Sequence record: MK795384.1 | DNA length: 24,000 nucleotides | Reading direction: 5' to 3' (one strand) | Source: Vibrio phage VAP7 | Shown: positions 23,405-24,000 of the stretch, piece after piece | Numbering within the stretch: position 1 is the first letter of the stretch | Layout: the number at the start of each line of letters is the position of its first letter | Notes under the pieces: generated by a model | What the model was told of the DNA's origin: nothing | The model's input: only the letters and a program-made list of their open reading frames with translations | Database searches by the model: none | Program-made: the position numbers and the translations under genes

Positions 23405-23444
23405 GATTTTTCCTTCATGATGTTTGGTTGATGAGGTAATTATA
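23402..23444 (-). promoter_or_regulatory. Conserved -10/leader element (copy A, rIIA-like gene)
   Basis: Minus strand TATAATTACCTCATCAACCAAACATCATGAAGGAAAAATCATG. Confidence 0.5.
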
Positions 23445-23485
23445 AAGTTGAAGAAACTTTTGAAGTTTTTCTTTGAAGAAATAAA

Positions 23486-23510
23486 AAGCCCCAGGAAATT
23501 CCCAGGGCTT
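23486..23510 (-). terminator. Intrinsic terminator
   Basis: Minus strand AAGCCCTGGGAATTTCCTGGGGCTT followed by TTTATTTC; after stop of 23516..23809. Confidence 0.75.
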
Positions 23511-23515
23511 GTGGT

Positions 23516-23809
23516 TTATTGGAATGTTTGCTCGATGCATTCAAGTTCGAATGATTGACCACCTTCCATATCCAGGTTGGTAGACTTGGTGAAACGCCAG
23601 ATTTCGACGACATTACCATAATCCGCACCTTCAAACAGTTTTGGAATGTAACGTTCAACCTTATAGAAAAACGTCTCGGTCATTGTATCGACTTCAATGT
23701 CCGCAAGTTCCAGTTTTAAGTCCGACATTCGCAGGGCGTCATCAGTGATCGCCGAGCGCAAATGTTGCATGAACTGGACTGCTTCTTGTGTTGTAATAAC
23801 TGGTTTCAT
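23516..23809 (-). CDS. Hypothetical protein (97 aa)
   Basis: ORF, ATG start, TAATG overlap with upstream gene. Confidence 0.8.
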   Translation of the reverse strand: MKPVITTQEAVQFMQHLRSAITDDALRMSDLKLELADIEVDTMTETFFYKVERYIPKLFEGADYGNVVEIWRFTKSTNLDMEGGQSFELECIEQTFQ

Positions 23810-24000
23810 TATTCACCCGTTTCTTGTTCTTCAGCGTCAAGCTGGCGGTCTTCTTGTTCCTGGCGAGCAAGTTCTTCACGGATAGAATCCGCATCACGGT
23901 GAGTACCGGTTTCAGACTCGTTCATACCGTATGTTTCGTTATACAGTTCTTCAAGCATTTCTGATTCTTGAGTCTGCTTATTGAACGTTGCTGAAACTTT
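23809..24000 (-). CDS. C-terminal part of acidic, Glu/Gln-rich protein (partial, ...DADSIREELARQEQEDRQLDAEEQETGE)
   Basis: Manual translation; open to window edge; not in ORF track. Confidence 0.7.
   Translation of the reverse strand, partial: KVSATFNKQTQESEMLEELYNETYGMNESETGTHRDADSIREELARQEQEDRQLDAEEQETGE

Noticed and set aside
54-23885. All plus-strand ORFs in the track (e.g. 14799..15224, 15865..16242, 22524..23003, 20012..20437)
   Set aside because: They lie antisense to long, motif-bearing minus-strand genes, show no recognisable domains and have low-complexity or Cys/Ser-rich shadow-ORF composition.
1-24000. tRNA genes
   Set aside because: No cloverleaf-like segment or CCA/TψC-like block stood out in the few non-coding gaps; a tRNAscan run would be needed to exclude them formally.

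Overview
The window reads as a block of a large tailed-phage genome (T4-like/T4-distant), with every convincing gene on the minus strand. Tightly packed genes with ATGA-type overlaps are separated by many minus-strand intrinsic terminators. Recognisable products, by sequence motif only: rIIA-like GHKL ATPase, rIIB-like protein, topoisomerase II large subunit (GHKL + TOPRIM), a zinc-finger/TOPRIM primase-like protein, an HTH + metallophosphoesterase protein, a SprT-like zinc metalloprotease, a SEC-C zinc mini-protein and a SAP-like acidic protein. The most interesting content is a scattered NAD/ADP-ribose and nucleotide-signal toolkit: (i) a small YHGT-type (Arr/PARP-like) ADP-ribosyltransferase candidate, (ii) a NADAR-domain protein, (iii) a DarG/TARG1-like macro domain protein, and (iv) a protein with the Acb2/Tad1 hairpin signature (cyclic-nucleotide/gcADPR sponge; anti-CBASS/anti-Thoeris). 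There is also a weak SspB-like candidate. Conserved non-coding elements include an exact 41-bp duplicated terminator, a shared -10/leader motif (TATWAY-N-CCYCATCgAAACAAACAACATCC..AAGGAA-ATG) and a 16-bp near-palindrome AAACTTTTGAAGTTTT seen three times next to terminators. No tRNA, CRISPR or transposon was recognised. All homology calls are from memory of family motifs; no searches were run.
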